64,000 bases of DNA from an uncultured Poribacteria bacterium (GTDB lineage: Bacteria; Poribacteria; WGA-4E; WGA-3G): NCBI GenBank assembly GCA_951813565.1, contig OX638351.1, positions 3,840,001 to 3,904,000 of the forward strand, read 5' to 3'. The notes under the pieces were generated by a model, which had not been told where the DNA came from, did not search any database, and saw nothing but the letters and a program-made list of their open reading frames with translations. Positions 41,425 through 52,486 of this stretch are shown one piece after another (position 1 is the first letter of the stretch; the number at the start of each line of letters is the position of its first letter). The position numbers and the translations under genes are program-made.

Positions 41425-42999
41425 ATGATTACCAATAAAAAAATACCCACTCCAGAAGAAATCGAAAAGGAGTTCCAAGAATTCTTCCAAAAGAAGTACG
41501 GTGATGGCGTAAGCGTTCGCTTAGGTTACGTGGGTGGACAGCAAGACTCACCTGATCAAACAGAGGAAGAAGTACCTGAACCACAGAATACCTTTGATTT
41601 AAAGTTTGATCTCAAACCGAAAGACATAAAAAAGTATTTAGATAGGTATGTCATCAAACAGGATGAGGGAAAAAAGGCGCTCGCTATTGCGGTCTGCGAC
41701 CACTATAACCACGTCCGAGAATGCCATGAAAATCCAGAGGCTGCGGATACCGACTACTCTAAACAGAATATTGTGATGCTCGGTCCGACTGGGGTCGGCA
41801 AGACATATCTCATCAGACACATTGCCAAGCTAATCGGCGTGCCGTTTGTCAAAGCAGATGCCACGCGATTTAGCGAAACTGGTTACGTCGGTGCAAATGT
41901 GGACGATTTAATTCGGGAATTGGTTGCGCAAGCAGATGATAATCTTGAATTGGCACAATACGGGATTATCTATCTTGATGAAGCGGACAAAATCTCCACC
42001 CCACCGAATATCATAGGACGCGATGTGAGTGGACGTGGTGTGCAGATTGGCCTTCTCAAATTGATGGAGGAAACCGAAGTTGACCTTAGAGGAGGCAACG
42101 ATGTCGCTTCTCAGATGCGTGCCGCAATGGAATTCCAGAAAAGTGGTAAGGTGGAAAAAGAGGTGATTAATACTCGCCACATTCTATTTATTATCAGTGG
42201 TGCGTTTACCGGTATGGAGGAGATTATCAAAAAACGCATGCATCAAAGCAGAATCGGTTTTAACGCTGAAGTCGCAAGCCAAAAAGATGATGCATCACAG
42301 TATCTTGAGCACGTTACCCCCAAAGATTTTATCGATTTCGGCTTTGAACCTGAATTCATCGGTAGGCTGCCTGTGCACGTAGTATGTAGTGAATTGGCTG
42401 TTGACGATCTTTTTTATATTTTGAAACATTCAGAAGGCTCTATCATTCGGCAATATGAAAACGCTTTCAGTGCTTACGGTATTACTGTGCTGTTTTCAGA
42501 AAGTGGGTTACGCCGAATAGCCGAAAAAGCGATTGAACAAAAAACCGGTGCGCGTGCTTTAATGACTGTCTGTGAAAAGGTTTTGCGCAACTATAAGTTT
42601 GAACTTCCATCTACGAGTGTTGTGGATTTTGTTGTCACAGCAGAGGTTGTTGATGATCCTGATGCCCAACTCAAACGGATTACAGAGGATGCCGAATACA
42701 ATCGCAACACAGTGATGCAAGAGCAGGTTCGTAGGTATGAAGCGAAGTTCTACACTGACCACGATTTGAAAATTGCGTTTGACGCAGCAGCAACAGATGC
42801 CATTTGTGAACGCGCTTTGGCACAAGAAAAGACAATACCGCAGATATGTGATGAAATTCTAAAAAGTTATCAGCACGGATTGAACCTTATCAAGCAAAAT
42901 ACAGGACAATCATCATTCACCTTTCCAAAAGAGGTTGTGGAAAATCCTGACCCAGTGCTTGAGGAATGGATCCGTGAATCATACACAACAAAACGCTGA
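41425..42999 (+). CDS. ClpX-like AAA+ ATPase lacking the N-terminal zinc finger
   Basis: LDRYVI.Q, GPTGVGKT, ETGYVG, DEADK, RDVSGRGVQ, PEFIGRLP, TGARAL. Confidence 0.85.
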   Translation: MITNKKIPTPEEIEKEFQEFFQKKYGDGVSVRLGYVGGQQDSPDQTEEEVPEPQNTFDLKFDLKPKDIKKYLDRYVIKQDEGKKALAIAVCDHYNHVRECHENPEAADTDYSKQNIVMLGPTGVGKTYLIRHIAKLIGVPFVKADATRFSETGYVGANVDDLIRELVAQADDNLELAQYGIIYLDEADKISTPPNIIGRDVSGRGVQIGLLKLMEETEVDLRGGNDVASQMRAAMEFQKSGKVEKEVINTRHILFIISGAFTGMEEIIKKRMHQSRIGFNAEVASQKDDASQYLEHVTPKDFIDFGFEPEFIGRLPVHVVCSELAVDDLFYILKHSEGSIIRQYENAFSAYGITVLFSESGLRRIAEKAIEQKTGARALMTVCEKVLRNYKFELPSTSVVDFVVTAEVVDDPDAQLKRITEDAEYNRNTVMQEQVRRYEAKFYTDHDLKIAFDAAATDAICERALAQEKTIPQICDEILKSYQHGLNLIKQNTGQSSFTFPKEVVENPDPVLEEWIRESYTTKR

Positions 43000-43028
43000 A
43001 TCAAAAGAATCCGCAGAAAAATCAAATT

Positions 43029-43763
43029 ATGCAAACCGAAACAAAGAGACCTACTCGTCCAGAACCGTTGGACATTCGCGAGATAGGCACACCTATTGAC
43101 GGAGAACCCCAATATAGCAACCGTCGGTTGTTCTTGCAACTCCATGTCTTTGAAGAGTGCCACGACCCAACATTCATCATTGAAATGCTTGAAAATGGTA
43201 GTCTGAACGCAGTCCTGTATGACGATCTGAATCATCCAACAGGTGTCGGAGTGCTTTTTCTGGCGGAAGATCCAGCGGCGTTAATTACAGAAACGCGTTC
43301 CTTATTACAAAAGGCACAAGAGACCTCCAACCTCGTATATCGTTCCGAAATGACAATGATTGGAAGAACCTATTCAAGCGGTAGAGAACCTAATTTAGAA
43401 GAGTGGCTCCTCAACAAACCGCGTAATAATGTTCTCAATCCCAACTTCCCTTGGGCAATCTGGTATCCTCTCCGCAGAAAATCGGAATTTTATCAACTTG
43501 AACCACGCGATCGTGGCAGAATTTTAGGTGAACACGCTATGCTCGGCAGAAGTTACGCTGCAGAGGGATATGCAAGTGATATCCGACTGGCATGCTTCGG
43601 TTTAGATACAAATGATAACGAGTTTGTTATCGGCTTGGTGGGACAAGAATTATATCCGTTATCACGACTGATACAGGATATGCGCAAAACAGAACAGACG
43701 ACTAAATATATTGAATCCCTCGGTCCCTTCTTTGTTGGAAAGGTCCGAAAGCGTTTTGCTTAG
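43029..43763 (+). CDS. Chlorite dismutase/coproheme decarboxylase family protein
   Basis: WYPLRR, EH..LGR.Y, FGLD....EF, MR.TE, PFFVG. Confidence 0.85.
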   Translation: MQTETKRPTRPEPLDIREIGTPIDGEPQYSNRRLFLQLHVFEECHDPTFIIEMLENGSLNAVLYDDLNHPTGVGVLFLAEDPAALITETRSLLQKAQETSNLVYRSEMTMIGRTYSSGREPNLEEWLLNKPRNNVLNPNFPWAIWYPLRRKSEFYQLEPRDRGRILGEHAMLGRSYAAEGYASDIRLACFGLDTNDNEFVIGLVGQELYPLSRLIQDMRKTEQTTKYIESLGPFFVGKVRKRFA

Positions 43764-43801
43764 CCTTACTTGTTATCCAACACAATTCCAAAAAAACAGA
43801 A

Positions 43802-44527
43802 ATGAAAAACATACTTGCTGTTTGCACGAAAGAACTTTATACATATTTTGTCTCACCGATTGCCTATTTTGTGTGTTTTGTTTTTTCTGCGATTTCGGGG
43901 TTTATTTTTTCGGGATGGTTAATCTATGCCAGTGGTAATAACTTTTCTGGTGCTTATGTGATGCAGGCGGTCTTCGGTTTTCTTGCAGTTATCCTTCTCT
44001 TTTTTACACCTGTTTTAACAATGAAACTATTCGCAGAAGAACGTAAATCTGGAACAATTGAACTGCTCCTTACCTCACCAATTACTGATGGGCAAGTCGT
44101 CTTCGGAAAATTTCTTGCAAGCTGGACCCTCCTCATTATTATGCTTTTCTTGACGCTCCTTTTTCCGATTCTTACACAACGTTTTGGTGCCTTAGATAGC
44201 GGGGTTTTACTGAGCGGCTACTTTGGTCTTATCCTGCTCAGTTCTTGCTTCCTTGCATTTGGTCTACTCATGTCGTCTATGAGCAAGAATCAAATTGTTG
44301 CTGCCCTGACAAGTTTTGGATTTTTTTTAACATTATGGGTCATAGGTTCTCTCTCTATTCGCGCCGAAGCAATTGGAAAATTTTTGAGTTACCTATCATT
44401 TCTTGACCACTATAACAATTTCGCACGCGGTGTTATCCAGCTAAAAGATGTCATCTACTATGTTAGTTTTACATGTGTCTGTCTTTTTGCAACGTTCAAA
44501 TCAATTGAGTCATCAAAATGGAGATAA
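43802..44527 (+). CDS. ABC-2 permease, GldF-like
   Basis: KEL..YF.SPIAY, TM.LFAEERKSGTIELLLT.P. Confidence 0.88.
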   Translation: MKNILAVCTKELYTYFVSPIAYFVCFVFSAISGFIFSGWLIYASGNNFSGAYVMQAVFGFLAVILLFFTPVLTMKLFAEERKSGTIELLLTSPITDGQVVFGKFLASWTLLIIMLFLTLLFPILTQRFGALDSGVLLSGYFGLILLSSCFLAFGLLMSSMSKNQIVAALTSFGFFLTLWVIGSLSIRAEAIGKFLSYLSFLDHYNNFARGVIQLKDVIYYVSFTCVCLFATFKSIESSKWR

Positions 44528-44530
44528 AGT

Positions 44531-46153
44531 ATGACTGGAAAAAACGTTGTAGGACCGTTGTTTGGATTTCTTACCTTAATCTTCTGTTTTGTCTCAATTG
44601 CAAGTCTGTTCCTAAAGGCGTGGCTGGCTTTTGCGATTTTTTTGATTCTCTGCCTAATATCGCTTGCAATTTTTGCTCGGTTGCACTTTAAAGAATTTGT
44701 ACATTTCTTTGTCAGTAGGCAGCTTCGTTATGGAACAAATGTCGCGCTGAGTATACTTGGTGTCATAGGAATAGCAGTATTTGTCAACGTTATTGTAACA
44801 CGGCAGTTCAATAAAAGAGTAGATTTAACAGAATTACGGCATCATTCGCTTTCTGAACAAACGAAGCAGATACTTAAAAAACTTGATAAGAAAGTAGATA
44901 TTACAGCGTTTTTCAGTGACGAAACCACTCAATTGGCAGTCTACGCTAAGGAGAGGTTGGAATTGTACCAACGTGAATCAAATTTTATTACCGTCTCATT
45001 CAAAAATCCTAATATTGACCCCGCACTTTTCCAAAAATATAATCTCCGGTTTGATAAAACGGTTGTCTTTGAGAGTAAGGATCGGATAGAAAAGGTGACG
45101 ATTGTTGAGGAACAAAAATTCACGAGTGCACTTCTCAAAATCATTCAAAACAAAACTAAAAAGGTTTATTTTCTAAGTGGTCATGGGGAACATGGGGTTG
45201 ACGACAGCACTAATATAAGTTATCGACAAGTAAGAGCAGAATTGGAGAAGCAAAATTATGCTGTTCTTTCACACTCTCTATTGAAGGAACCTCGGATTCC
45301 AGGAGATTGTGACGTTCTTGTCATCGCCGGTCCAACAAAACCCTTAATGCCTCAAGAAATCAAGATAATTGAACAGTACTTAGCAAAGAGCGGGAAACTT
45401 CTTTTATTACTTGATCCTTCACTCAATTCAGCAGAAGATGTTAATCGGGGACTTGTTCAACTTATGAGGAAATGGGGTGTAAAGGTGGGAAATGATTTAG
45501 TATTTGATCGCGTACATTTCTACCTTTTGTTTGAAGGCTTAGGTGGTCCAAACGTGTTAAATTTGCGGTTTGAACCGCATGATATTACTCGTCATTATTT
45601 TCAAGAACAAATTCCCTTTATTTTTTGTCGTTCGGTTACACCTTTGGAAAATATACCGAATAACCTCACCGTTAAATCCATCGTGAAAACAAAAAGCCCT
45701 AAAGGAATCAGTTGGGCAGAAACGGAACGGGAAGCGAAAGGAACTTTTAGTAGTAATGGTTATACTGCAGGAGTTGATATGCCTGGGCCTGTGTCCATAG
45801 CAATAGCAGTTGACCAGAAAATTGATGGGAACACAAAAAAAAAAGAAGCATCAACACCAACCCGTATTGTCGTATTTGGGGATTCGGACTTTGCAACAGA
45901 TACCTATTTTGCAACTGATAATCCTGATATACCTGCGTATGCGCCCCTTTTTCCTTCCATTATCAATTGGCTTACATTAGATGAAGACCTTATCGCTATT
46001 GCTCCACCTGATCCCAGTGGGCAAATCTTACGTAAGATGAATAACCATCAAAAACGTCTTGTCCAGATTGCCTCCATTTTTCTCATTCCTCTAATCGTTT
46101 TTATTGCAGGCATAGTTGTGTGGTGGCGTCGCCGCGAAGGAGGGGCAGCATGA
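44531..46153 (+). CDS. GldG-like ABC auxiliary component
   Basis: DLT....SLS.QT, YFLSGHGE, VFGDSDF. Confidence 0.88.
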   Translation: MTGKNVVGPLFGFLTLIFCFVSIASLFLKAWLAFAIFLILCLISLAIFARLHFKEFVHFFVSRQLRYGTNVALSILGVIGIAVFVNVIVTRQFNKRVDLTELRHHSLSEQTKQILKKLDKKVDITAFFSDETTQLAVYAKERLELYQRESNFITVSFKNPNIDPALFQKYNLRFDKTVVFESKDRIEKVTIVEEQKFTSALLKIIQNKTKKVYFLSGHGEHGVDDSTNISYRQVRAELEKQNYAVLSHSLLKEPRIPGDCDVLVIAGPTKPLMPQEIKIIEQYLAKSGKLLLLLDPSLNSAEDVNRGLVQLMRKWGVKVGNDLVFDRVHFYLLFEGLGGPNVLNLRFEPHDITRHYFQEQIPFIFCRSVTPLENIPNNLTVKSIVKTKSPKGISWAETEREAKGTFSSNGYTAGVDMPGPVSIAIAVDQKIDGNTKKKEASTPTRIVVFGDSDFATDTYFATDNPDIPAYAPLFPSIINWLTLDEDLIAIAPPDPSGQILRKMNNHQKRLVQIASIFLIPLIVFIAGIVVWWRRREGGAA

Positions 46154-47988
46154 GTTTCCGAACAACCCTCATCATTGTTGTCATTTTGGTGGGCATAGCG
46201 GCAACATATTTTCTATTTTTCAATGAACCTGCTGAGAACACTTCGCAGAACGGTAAACCCAGAATCTCTGAAACTTACGACCTGCCCCGTGAAGACATTC
46301 AGAAAGTTAGACTTTCTTATGCAGATGATGCGTATCAAACATTGACCATAGTGAAAGATGACGAAAAAGCATGGCAGATAACAACGCCTTTTAAAGCACA
46401 CGCAGATACAGCGAAAGTTCACGAAGTTTTAGATGATTTTGTTAACAAAAAGATTAGACAGATTCTTGAAGTGTTGAAATATGACAAATACGGGTTAGAG
46501 AATCCCACTATTAAAGTTGAACTGTGGAAAGACCTTGAAGGTTCACCAAAAACGTTTCTCATAGGCAAAAAAGGACTAAACTATTCTGTTTACGCCAAAG
46601 AGAAATTGGAAGCGCATATTTTCTTGATTGAATCCAGCGCACTTGATGACTTGTCAAAATCGCCAACAGATATCCGTGACAAATCAGTGATTAAGTTCAA
46701 TCCAGATGCAATCACAGAAATTCAGTTTCAGAAACCAGAGGAATTATCTTGTCAGAAAGAAGGAAACATCTGGAAAATGACACATCCGCTATCTGTGAAT
46801 GCTGATACTGAGGAAATTGAATACATATTATCGGAATTGCATTCCTTACAGGTATCTACCTTTGAAGCAGATGGCGAAAACGTTACACCACTATTAGATA
46901 AATACGGATTAGATAAACCCCGTATCCAATTCACACTCAAAGATGAAAAGAAAAAGTATGGACTCGATATTGGGTCAGCAGTCCCGTCTACTTCTGAGCA
47001 GGATAGCACTGATAAAGGACACGTCTATGTCCAATCTGTCCATCAAGGCGGAATATACACGGTTACCGATGATCTAATCCGACTTTTCAAAAAATCGGTG
47101 TTTGACTTGCGTGATAAACGCGTGCTTGATTTTCAACGGGGAGATACAACGAAATTTGAAATTCAACGCGGTTCTCAAAAAATTGTTGGTATCAAGCTAA
47201 ATGACGATACATGGGAACTACAAGGCCCGGAAAAAGCATTGGCTGACCCACAAGCAGTGAGCGATCTTATTTTTGGCGTCGATTCACAGGAGGCAGTAGC
47301 GTTTGTTACCGATTCTGCAAAAAACCTTTCATTGTATGGATTAGAGAAACCTTCAATAAGAGTGATATTCACAATACGTGGTGAAGAAAAACCTGCCGAA
47401 CTGCTTATTGGGGACTTCGCTAAAGATGATACTGTATACGTCAAAGCCAGCAATTCGGATCAGATCACCCGTGTTAAACGTGATCTCATTGACAAAATAG
47501 CAAAAGGTGAAGCATGGCTACGAGATAAGCAAATTTTCAAATTTAGTATTGATGATCCAACTCGAGTTACTGTAAAATATAATGACGGTTCACAGGAATA
47601 TGATGGTATCCAATTCACCTGCCAACGTCTTGGGACAAATTGGCGGTTGACTTCACCTGTGAAAGAAAACGCAAAGAATGCTGAAGTAAACACAATTCTT
47701 TATGGACTGATCGATTTAAAAGCCATAGAATTTGTTGATGGAGATTTAGGCGATAAAATAAACGATTTGCCTGATACCATAACTGGTTTCAATTCGCCAC
47801 AAATACAAATTACCGTAGAATTGCGAGTTCATAAAGTTTTGACCATGCAAGTTGGTAAGGTGGATTCATTTGGACGTTACTATGCAAGGCTTCAAAACAA
47901 ACCTGAGCAAATTTTTATGCTTGATGCAGAAATAATTCCAAAACTTAAAACAAAACTTGAATGGCTCCGTACCGCAGAAGAAGAGTAA
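46150..47988 (+). CDS. DUF4340 repeat protein
   Basis: Repeated W..T.P...AD / YGL..P / DLRDK; ATGA overlap with the upstream gene. Confidence 0.8.
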   Translation: MSFRTTLIIVVILVGIAATYFLFFNEPAENTSQNGKPRISETYDLPREDIQKVRLSYADDAYQTLTIVKDDEKAWQITTPFKAHADTAKVHEVLDDFVNKKIRQILEVLKYDKYGLENPTIKVELWKDLEGSPKTFLIGKKGLNYSVYAKEKLEAHIFLIESSALDDLSKSPTDIRDKSVIKFNPDAITEIQFQKPEELSCQKEGNIWKMTHPLSVNADTEEIEYILSELHSLQVSTFEADGENVTPLLDKYGLDKPRIQFTLKDEKKKYGLDIGSAVPSTSEQDSTDKGHVYVQSVHQGGIYTVTDDLIRLFKKSVFDLRDKRVLDFQRGDTTKFEIQRGSQKIVGIKLNDDTWELQGPEKALADPQAVSDLIFGVDSQEAVAFVTDSAKNLSLYGLEKPSIRVIFTIRGEEKPAELLIGDFAKDDTVYVKASNSDQITRVKRDLIDKIAKGEAWLRDKQIFKFSIDDPTRVTVKYNDGSQEYDGIQFTCQRLGTNWRLTSPVKENAKNAEVNTILYGLIDLKAIEFVDGDLGDKINDLPDTITGFNSPQIQITVELRVHKVLTMQVGKVDSFGRYYARLQNKPEQIFMLDAEIIPKLKTKLEWLRTAEEE

Positions 47989-48103
47989 TTCCGATACGAT
48001 TATTAACCATACATCATTCGATTGACAAGAGGAAAGAAAAGCCAACGACTGTAGATTTACTCCAGAATCTATATGTCAGTTTATCGGTTTTACATTGAAC
48101 ACT

Positions 48104-49309
48104 ATGAACACATCTTTTATCATTCTAACGACCTACTTTTTTTTCATCCTTGAGATATTATTGATTGGTCAATCCTTTTTCTATACGCGTCGTGAACGGA
48201 AGACCGAGAGACCCATATATACACCAAAAGTGGCTATAGTCGCACCGCATTACGGATGGGATGACGACACTGCGGAGCACGCAAAGAGCCTACTTGATCA
48301 GGATTACGAAGGAGACTTTCAAATCTGCTTCGTAACTCACCAAAAAGATGATTCAGGATATGATGTCTCTTACCCACATCTACAAGAACTTGTAAAGGAT
48401 GTTCCGTATGCCGATGTCCTTTTAGCACCTAACATCATTGATAACAGCTTACCACGTTCGCAAAAAGTTCAGAACCTTATGACCGTGATAGAAAGTTTAC
48501 CAGAGGATGTTGAGGTTATCGCTTTTGTAGATGCTGATGTAACAATTCAAAAGGATTGGCTCAAACTCCTTGTTACACCACTTCAGGATAAGAAAATCGG
48601 CGCGACTGTCGGTGGTAGGTTCTATTTTCCGCAAACGTGGAACTTCCCATCACTTGTTGAAGCTACCTGGGTGAACTTTCAAATGGCATTACAGGGAGAC
48701 CATTGGCTTACGATGGTATGGGGCGGGTCTAACGCCTTTCGCCGCGAATTTCTTGAAAAAGGACAGATACTGCAACGTTGGGAACAAGCAACAATTGAAG
48801 ACCTAAACACGACTCGCGCCGTACGAGATGTTAAATGTAAAATTCATTTCGTTCCTGATTGTGTTGCAGTTACACGCACATCAAACCGCACTTGGGGACA
48901 GATTTTTGAGTTTACGAACCGCCAGATGATTATGACGCGACACATGGGTTTGTGGGCACAGTGGTTTGGCAGCCTGATACTCTTTCTACCTAAAGCTGTC
49001 CTGATTGTTGGTGCAATTCCTTTTGTAGGTTCTCGCCCAGCACTCCTACCGGTCGTTTTCATACCATTTTTTGAGGTGATAAGCTATAGACTCTGTTGCC
49101 GAAACCTTCCGCAGTGGCTTCGCGATATGCCGAGGGTGCGGGACACACTTCGTATTAGTAAATACGCTGCACCGTTTTCTATATTCCTTGCGGGTATCAA
49201 CGCTTTGTACGCTGCATTTCAACGGAAGATCGTTTGGGGTGGTGTGCGATATGAAATCCTTTCTGCCACTACATGTAAGGTTTTAGGTCGGGTAAAGGAT
49301 CAAAATTAG
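48104..49309 (+). CDS. Family 2 glycosyltransferase (ceramide glucosyltransferase/HpnI-like)
   Basis: QKVQNL, FVDAD, WGGS, ED, RQ, W.GVRY. Confidence 0.8.
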   Translation: MNTSFIILTTYFFFILEILLIGQSFFYTRRERKTERPIYTPKVAIVAPHYGWDDDTAEHAKSLLDQDYEGDFQICFVTHQKDDSGYDVSYPHLQELVKDVPYADVLLAPNIIDNSLPRSQKVQNLMTVIESLPEDVEVIAFVDADVTIQKDWLKLLVTPLQDKKIGATVGGRFYFPQTWNFPSLVEATWVNFQMALQGDHWLTMVWGGSNAFRREFLEKGQILQRWEQATIEDLNTTRAVRDVKCKIHFVPDCVAVTRTSNRTWGQIFEFTNRQMIMTRHMGLWAQWFGSLILFLPKAVLIVGAIPFVGSRPALLPVVFIPFFEVISYRLCCRNLPQWLRDMPRVRDTLRISKYAAPFSIFLAGINALYAAFQRKIVWGGVRYEILSATTCKVLGRVKDQN

Positions 49310-49340
49310 GTATTTGAGATGGTCTTATCCATCTAATTTT

Positions 49341-49610
49341 ACCTAAGTTGCCACCTATGTAGCACAAACTTTTAGTTTGTGCCTATGAGGACGCAAACTA
49401 AATGAAGTTTAATTTATTAATTCGGTAATTTTGGAGAAAGATCCAGTGCGGTTGGGAAACCGCACCTACCGGGTTTGGGAAAAATTAGAATTACCGAAAT
49501 ATTTTCTTAATCTTCATAAAGTTTGCGCTACAATATTTCACGAATAATGAACTTTTTTCTATTAAAATGGCATCTCCAGGTTCTAAAATCTTATAGGTAG
49601 TAACTTGGGT
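49341..49610. mobile_element. IS982-like MITE (family A, copy 3) containing a REPIN and MITE B
   Basis: acctaagttgccacc...ggtagtaacttgggt; 7-bp TSD taatttt. Confidence 0.8.
49402..49517. mobile_element. 116-bp MITE (family B, copy 2) in a REP loop
   Basis: Near-identical to 19978-20093. Confidence 0.85.
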
Positions 49611-49755
49611 TAATTTTGATGAAAAACCATTGTAGGAGGGAAACCTTGTAAGCCCGATTTATGTGGACTGGATGGCACTGCCAAAACTATAAAACATTCT
49701 TGCAATTTTTGCTAAAATATGTGATAGTATACAGCAGGAAAATGAGGAGTGAAAA

Positions 49756-50169
49756 ATGGGAGCAAAAAAAATAACGAAATCAGACAAAGAGTGGAAAGAA
49801 CAACTCTCACCTGAAGAATTTAAAGTGACCCGAAAAAAAGGGACTGAGCGCGCTTTTACAGGCAAATACCACGATTGCAAAGACCGAGGCACATATCATT
49901 GTATCTGTTGTGGAAGTCAGCTTTTTACCTCTGAAACAAAATACGAGTCTGGGACAGGATGGCCCAGTTTTTGGGATCCTGTTTCCCCTGATAGCATTGA
50001 GACAAAATCGGATTTTAGCATCTTTTTCATGCCGCGTACTGAAGTCGTTTGTAGTCGTTGTGATGCACATCTTGGACATGTCTTTAATGATGGACCCAAG
50101 CCAACAGGCAAACGTTACTGTCTCAATTCTGCAGCACTTACGCTCGTAAAGTCAGATGACGAATCCTAA
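49756..50169 (+). CDS. msrB: Peptide-methionine (R)-S-oxide reductase
   Basis: GTERAFTG, SGTGWPSF, HLGHVF.DGP..G.RYC.NS. Confidence 0.96.
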   Translation: MGAKKITKSDKEWKEQLSPEEFKVTRKKGTERAFTGKYHDCKDRGTYHCICCGSQLFTSETKYESGTGWPSFWDPVSPDSIETKSDFSIFFMPRTEVVCSRCDAHLGHVFNDGPKPTGKRYCLNSAALTLVKSDDES

Positions 50170-50198
50170 TCAATTTCAAAAGGAGTATTAATGTATTA

Positions 50199-51419
50199 AT
50201 GGCATTAAGAAGTCGAATTTCATCGCGGTTTCTCGTTAACCAACTTGCAACCGCTATATCGGAAGACTGGCGAACATCACGCAAGTTCATGCGCTACCAA
50301 CTTGCTAAGGAATCTTTTAATTTGCGTCACCCATTTGGTGCAAAGCATGGCAAAGGCGATGATGTTCAGTTAGTTAGTCTCCGTATTACAGATATGTGTA
50401 ATCTGCGTTGTCATTCCTGTGGGCAGTGGGGGGACAACGGGTATCTCGTCGGGAAATCGCTCAAAGAGTTAAAACAACGTGAAGTACCTGTGGAAGTATA
50501 TAAGAACCTCGTTGATCAGGTTGTTGATGCAGGTTGGTCGCCTGTGTGGTACATCTGGGGTGGTGAACCGATGCTTTATCCGGGTATCATTGAATTGATG
50601 CACTACATCAAAGAGAAAGGGATGCCTATCTCGCTTGTTAGCAACGCGACCAACATTGCAAGACGCGCGGACGATATCTTGGAAACATGCAAAATTATCT
50701 ACCTAAGCGTTGATGGACCCAATGAGGAAATACATAATACACAGCGCCCCGGTGTTACTGAAAACTATGACAACTTCAAAGATGTTAAAGCTGCGTTGGA
50801 AACGCTTAGTGCGGAGAAAGAAAGGCGAAACCAAAATTTTCCTTATATTATTCCGCTTAGCTGTGTCACGATGTATAACATTGATGTTGTGGTAGACCTC
50901 TACAAGTTCACAAGCCAATATGCGGATGCGCAAATCTTCTATTTAACATGGTGGATAGATGCTGAATCCGCACAAGAGCATACAGAAGACTTTGAAAGAC
51001 GTTTTGGGTTCAAGCCGCAAACGCATTATGGATGGATTGGTACTTGGCACGACTTTGATCACGGTGTAATTCTGGATCGGTTTGAAGAGATGGAGGATCT
51101 CTCTGAAAAGCAGAAGCGATGCCCGCCTGTGATGATGCCGAAATTAAACTCAAAGGGTGAAATTCAAACCTATTATACTGACCATGAACAAACCTTTGGC
51201 TATAACCAATGTGTCAGCATTTTCATGACTATGGAAATTGATAGCAATGGCGATGTGAGTCTCTGCAGAGATTACCATGACTATATCATCGGTAACATCA
51301 AAGATGACAAGGTCGTTGATATGTGGAATAATCAGAAAGCGATAAAATTCCGTCAATCCATTAGCACAGATGGGCCGATGCCAGTATGTCGCCGTTGTTG
51401 CGGTTTAATGGGATATTAA
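50199..51419 (+). CDS. Radical SAM/SPASM(twitch) protein
   Basis: CNLRCHSC, GGEP, C-terminal C...GDV..C..GNI...W...C.RCC. Confidence 0.9.
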   Translation: MALRSRISSRFLVNQLATAISEDWRTSRKFMRYQLAKESFNLRHPFGAKHGKGDDVQLVSLRITDMCNLRCHSCGQWGDNGYLVGKSLKELKQREVPVEVYKNLVDQVVDAGWSPVWYIWGGEPMLYPGIIELMHYIKEKGMPISLVSNATNIARRADDILETCKIIYLSVDGPNEEIHNTQRPGVTENYDNFKDVKAALETLSAEKERRNQNFPYIIPLSCVTMYNIDVVVDLYKFTSQYADAQIFYLTWWIDAESAQEHTEDFERRFGFKPQTHYGWIGTWHDFDHGVILDRFEEMEDLSEKQKRCPPVMMPKLNSKGEIQTYYTDHEQTFGYNQCVSIFMTMEIDSNGDVSLCRDYHDYIIGNIKDDKVVDMWNNQKAIKFRQSISTDGPMPVCRRCCGLMGY

Positions 51420-51555
51420 TTGTTTGTGAATAATTCAAGTTAGATATGCGTTTAAAAGTAGTAGGCACGCTCAGCGTGCCGTAATAGGTTAAAAACGCAT
51501 AATCCAAAAGTGATTTATATGTATTTAGATTGACTGTAAACAATAGGAAGATTAT

Positions 51556-52419
51556 ATGAAAATAGGTTTACGTATTCCCGGCACTGCCCGTCAAATGCCT
51601 TTCGCGGATTTTTGTAAGTGGTGTGCTGATAATGGATTTGAAGCAATTGATATTGGAGAAGCAACCCCCGAAGTGGTGAAAACTGCACGGGATGCAGGCT
51701 TAGAAATTGGGACAGCAGATTTGCCCAGTACTCGCGAACTTCTCAGCGCAAAGAAATCTACACAAAAATCAGGTGCGGAAAAAGCAAAAGCAGCTATCCA
51801 AGCCGCCGCAGACAACGATGTTCATATTATGTTCTGCGTTTTTGTTCCAGAAGATGCCAGCCTCGGACGCGGCAAAAACTTTGAAATTTGGAAAGATACC
51901 GTTCCACCTATTGCAGAATTCGCTGAGTCCAAAGGCGTTACGATTGCAATAGAAGGCTGGCCCGGTGGTGCCCCTGCTTACCCTGCGCTTGGTTGTACGC
52001 CTGAAATGTGGCGTGCCATGTTCGCTGAATGTCCTTCCCCTGGTTTAGGTCTTAACTATGACCCGTCACACCTTGTTCGAATTGGTATTGACCACATCCG
52101 CGCACTCAATGAATTTGCTGCTTACGTTAAGCATGTTCACGGAAAAGATACCGCGTTTGACGAGGAAGCACTTTACCTGCACGGTAATTTGGGACCGAGT
52201 TTTCAAGGTCCCCGTGGGTTCGGTGAAGATTGGTGGCGATACACGATTCCCGGTGATGGCGTTGTGGATTGGCTCAAGGTGGTGCAGCTTCTTGAAGATG
52301 CAGACTTTGACGGTATTGTTAGCGTTGAGTTAGAAGATTACCGTTATTGGCGGACATGGGAAGCAGAATCAGAAGGACTGCTCCGTTCTCACGAATTTCT
52401 TTCCTGCTTTGTGCGGTAA
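51556..52419 (+). CDS. Sugar phosphate isomerase/epimerase
   Basis: NYDPSHL, HVHGKD, PGDG.VDW, SVELE. Confidence 0.88.
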   Translation: MKIGLRIPGTARQMPFADFCKWCADNGFEAIDIGEATPEVVKTARDAGLEIGTADLPSTRELLSAKKSTQKSGAEKAKAAIQAAADNDVHIMFCVFVPEDASLGRGKNFEIWKDTVPPIAEFAESKGVTIAIEGWPGGAPAYPALGCTPEMWRAMFAECPSPGLGLNYDPSHLVRIGIDHIRALNEFAAYVKHVHGKDTAFDEEALYLHGNLGPSFQGPRGFGEDWWRYTIPGDGVVDWLKVVQLLEDADFDGIVSVELEDYRYWRTWEAESEGLLRSHEFLSCFVR

Positions 52420-52486
52420 ATACCCTTAGTAGTTTCTTTCTTTTGGTAGGCGCGCTTTCTAAGCGCACTTTTGTTCCTTATTTATT

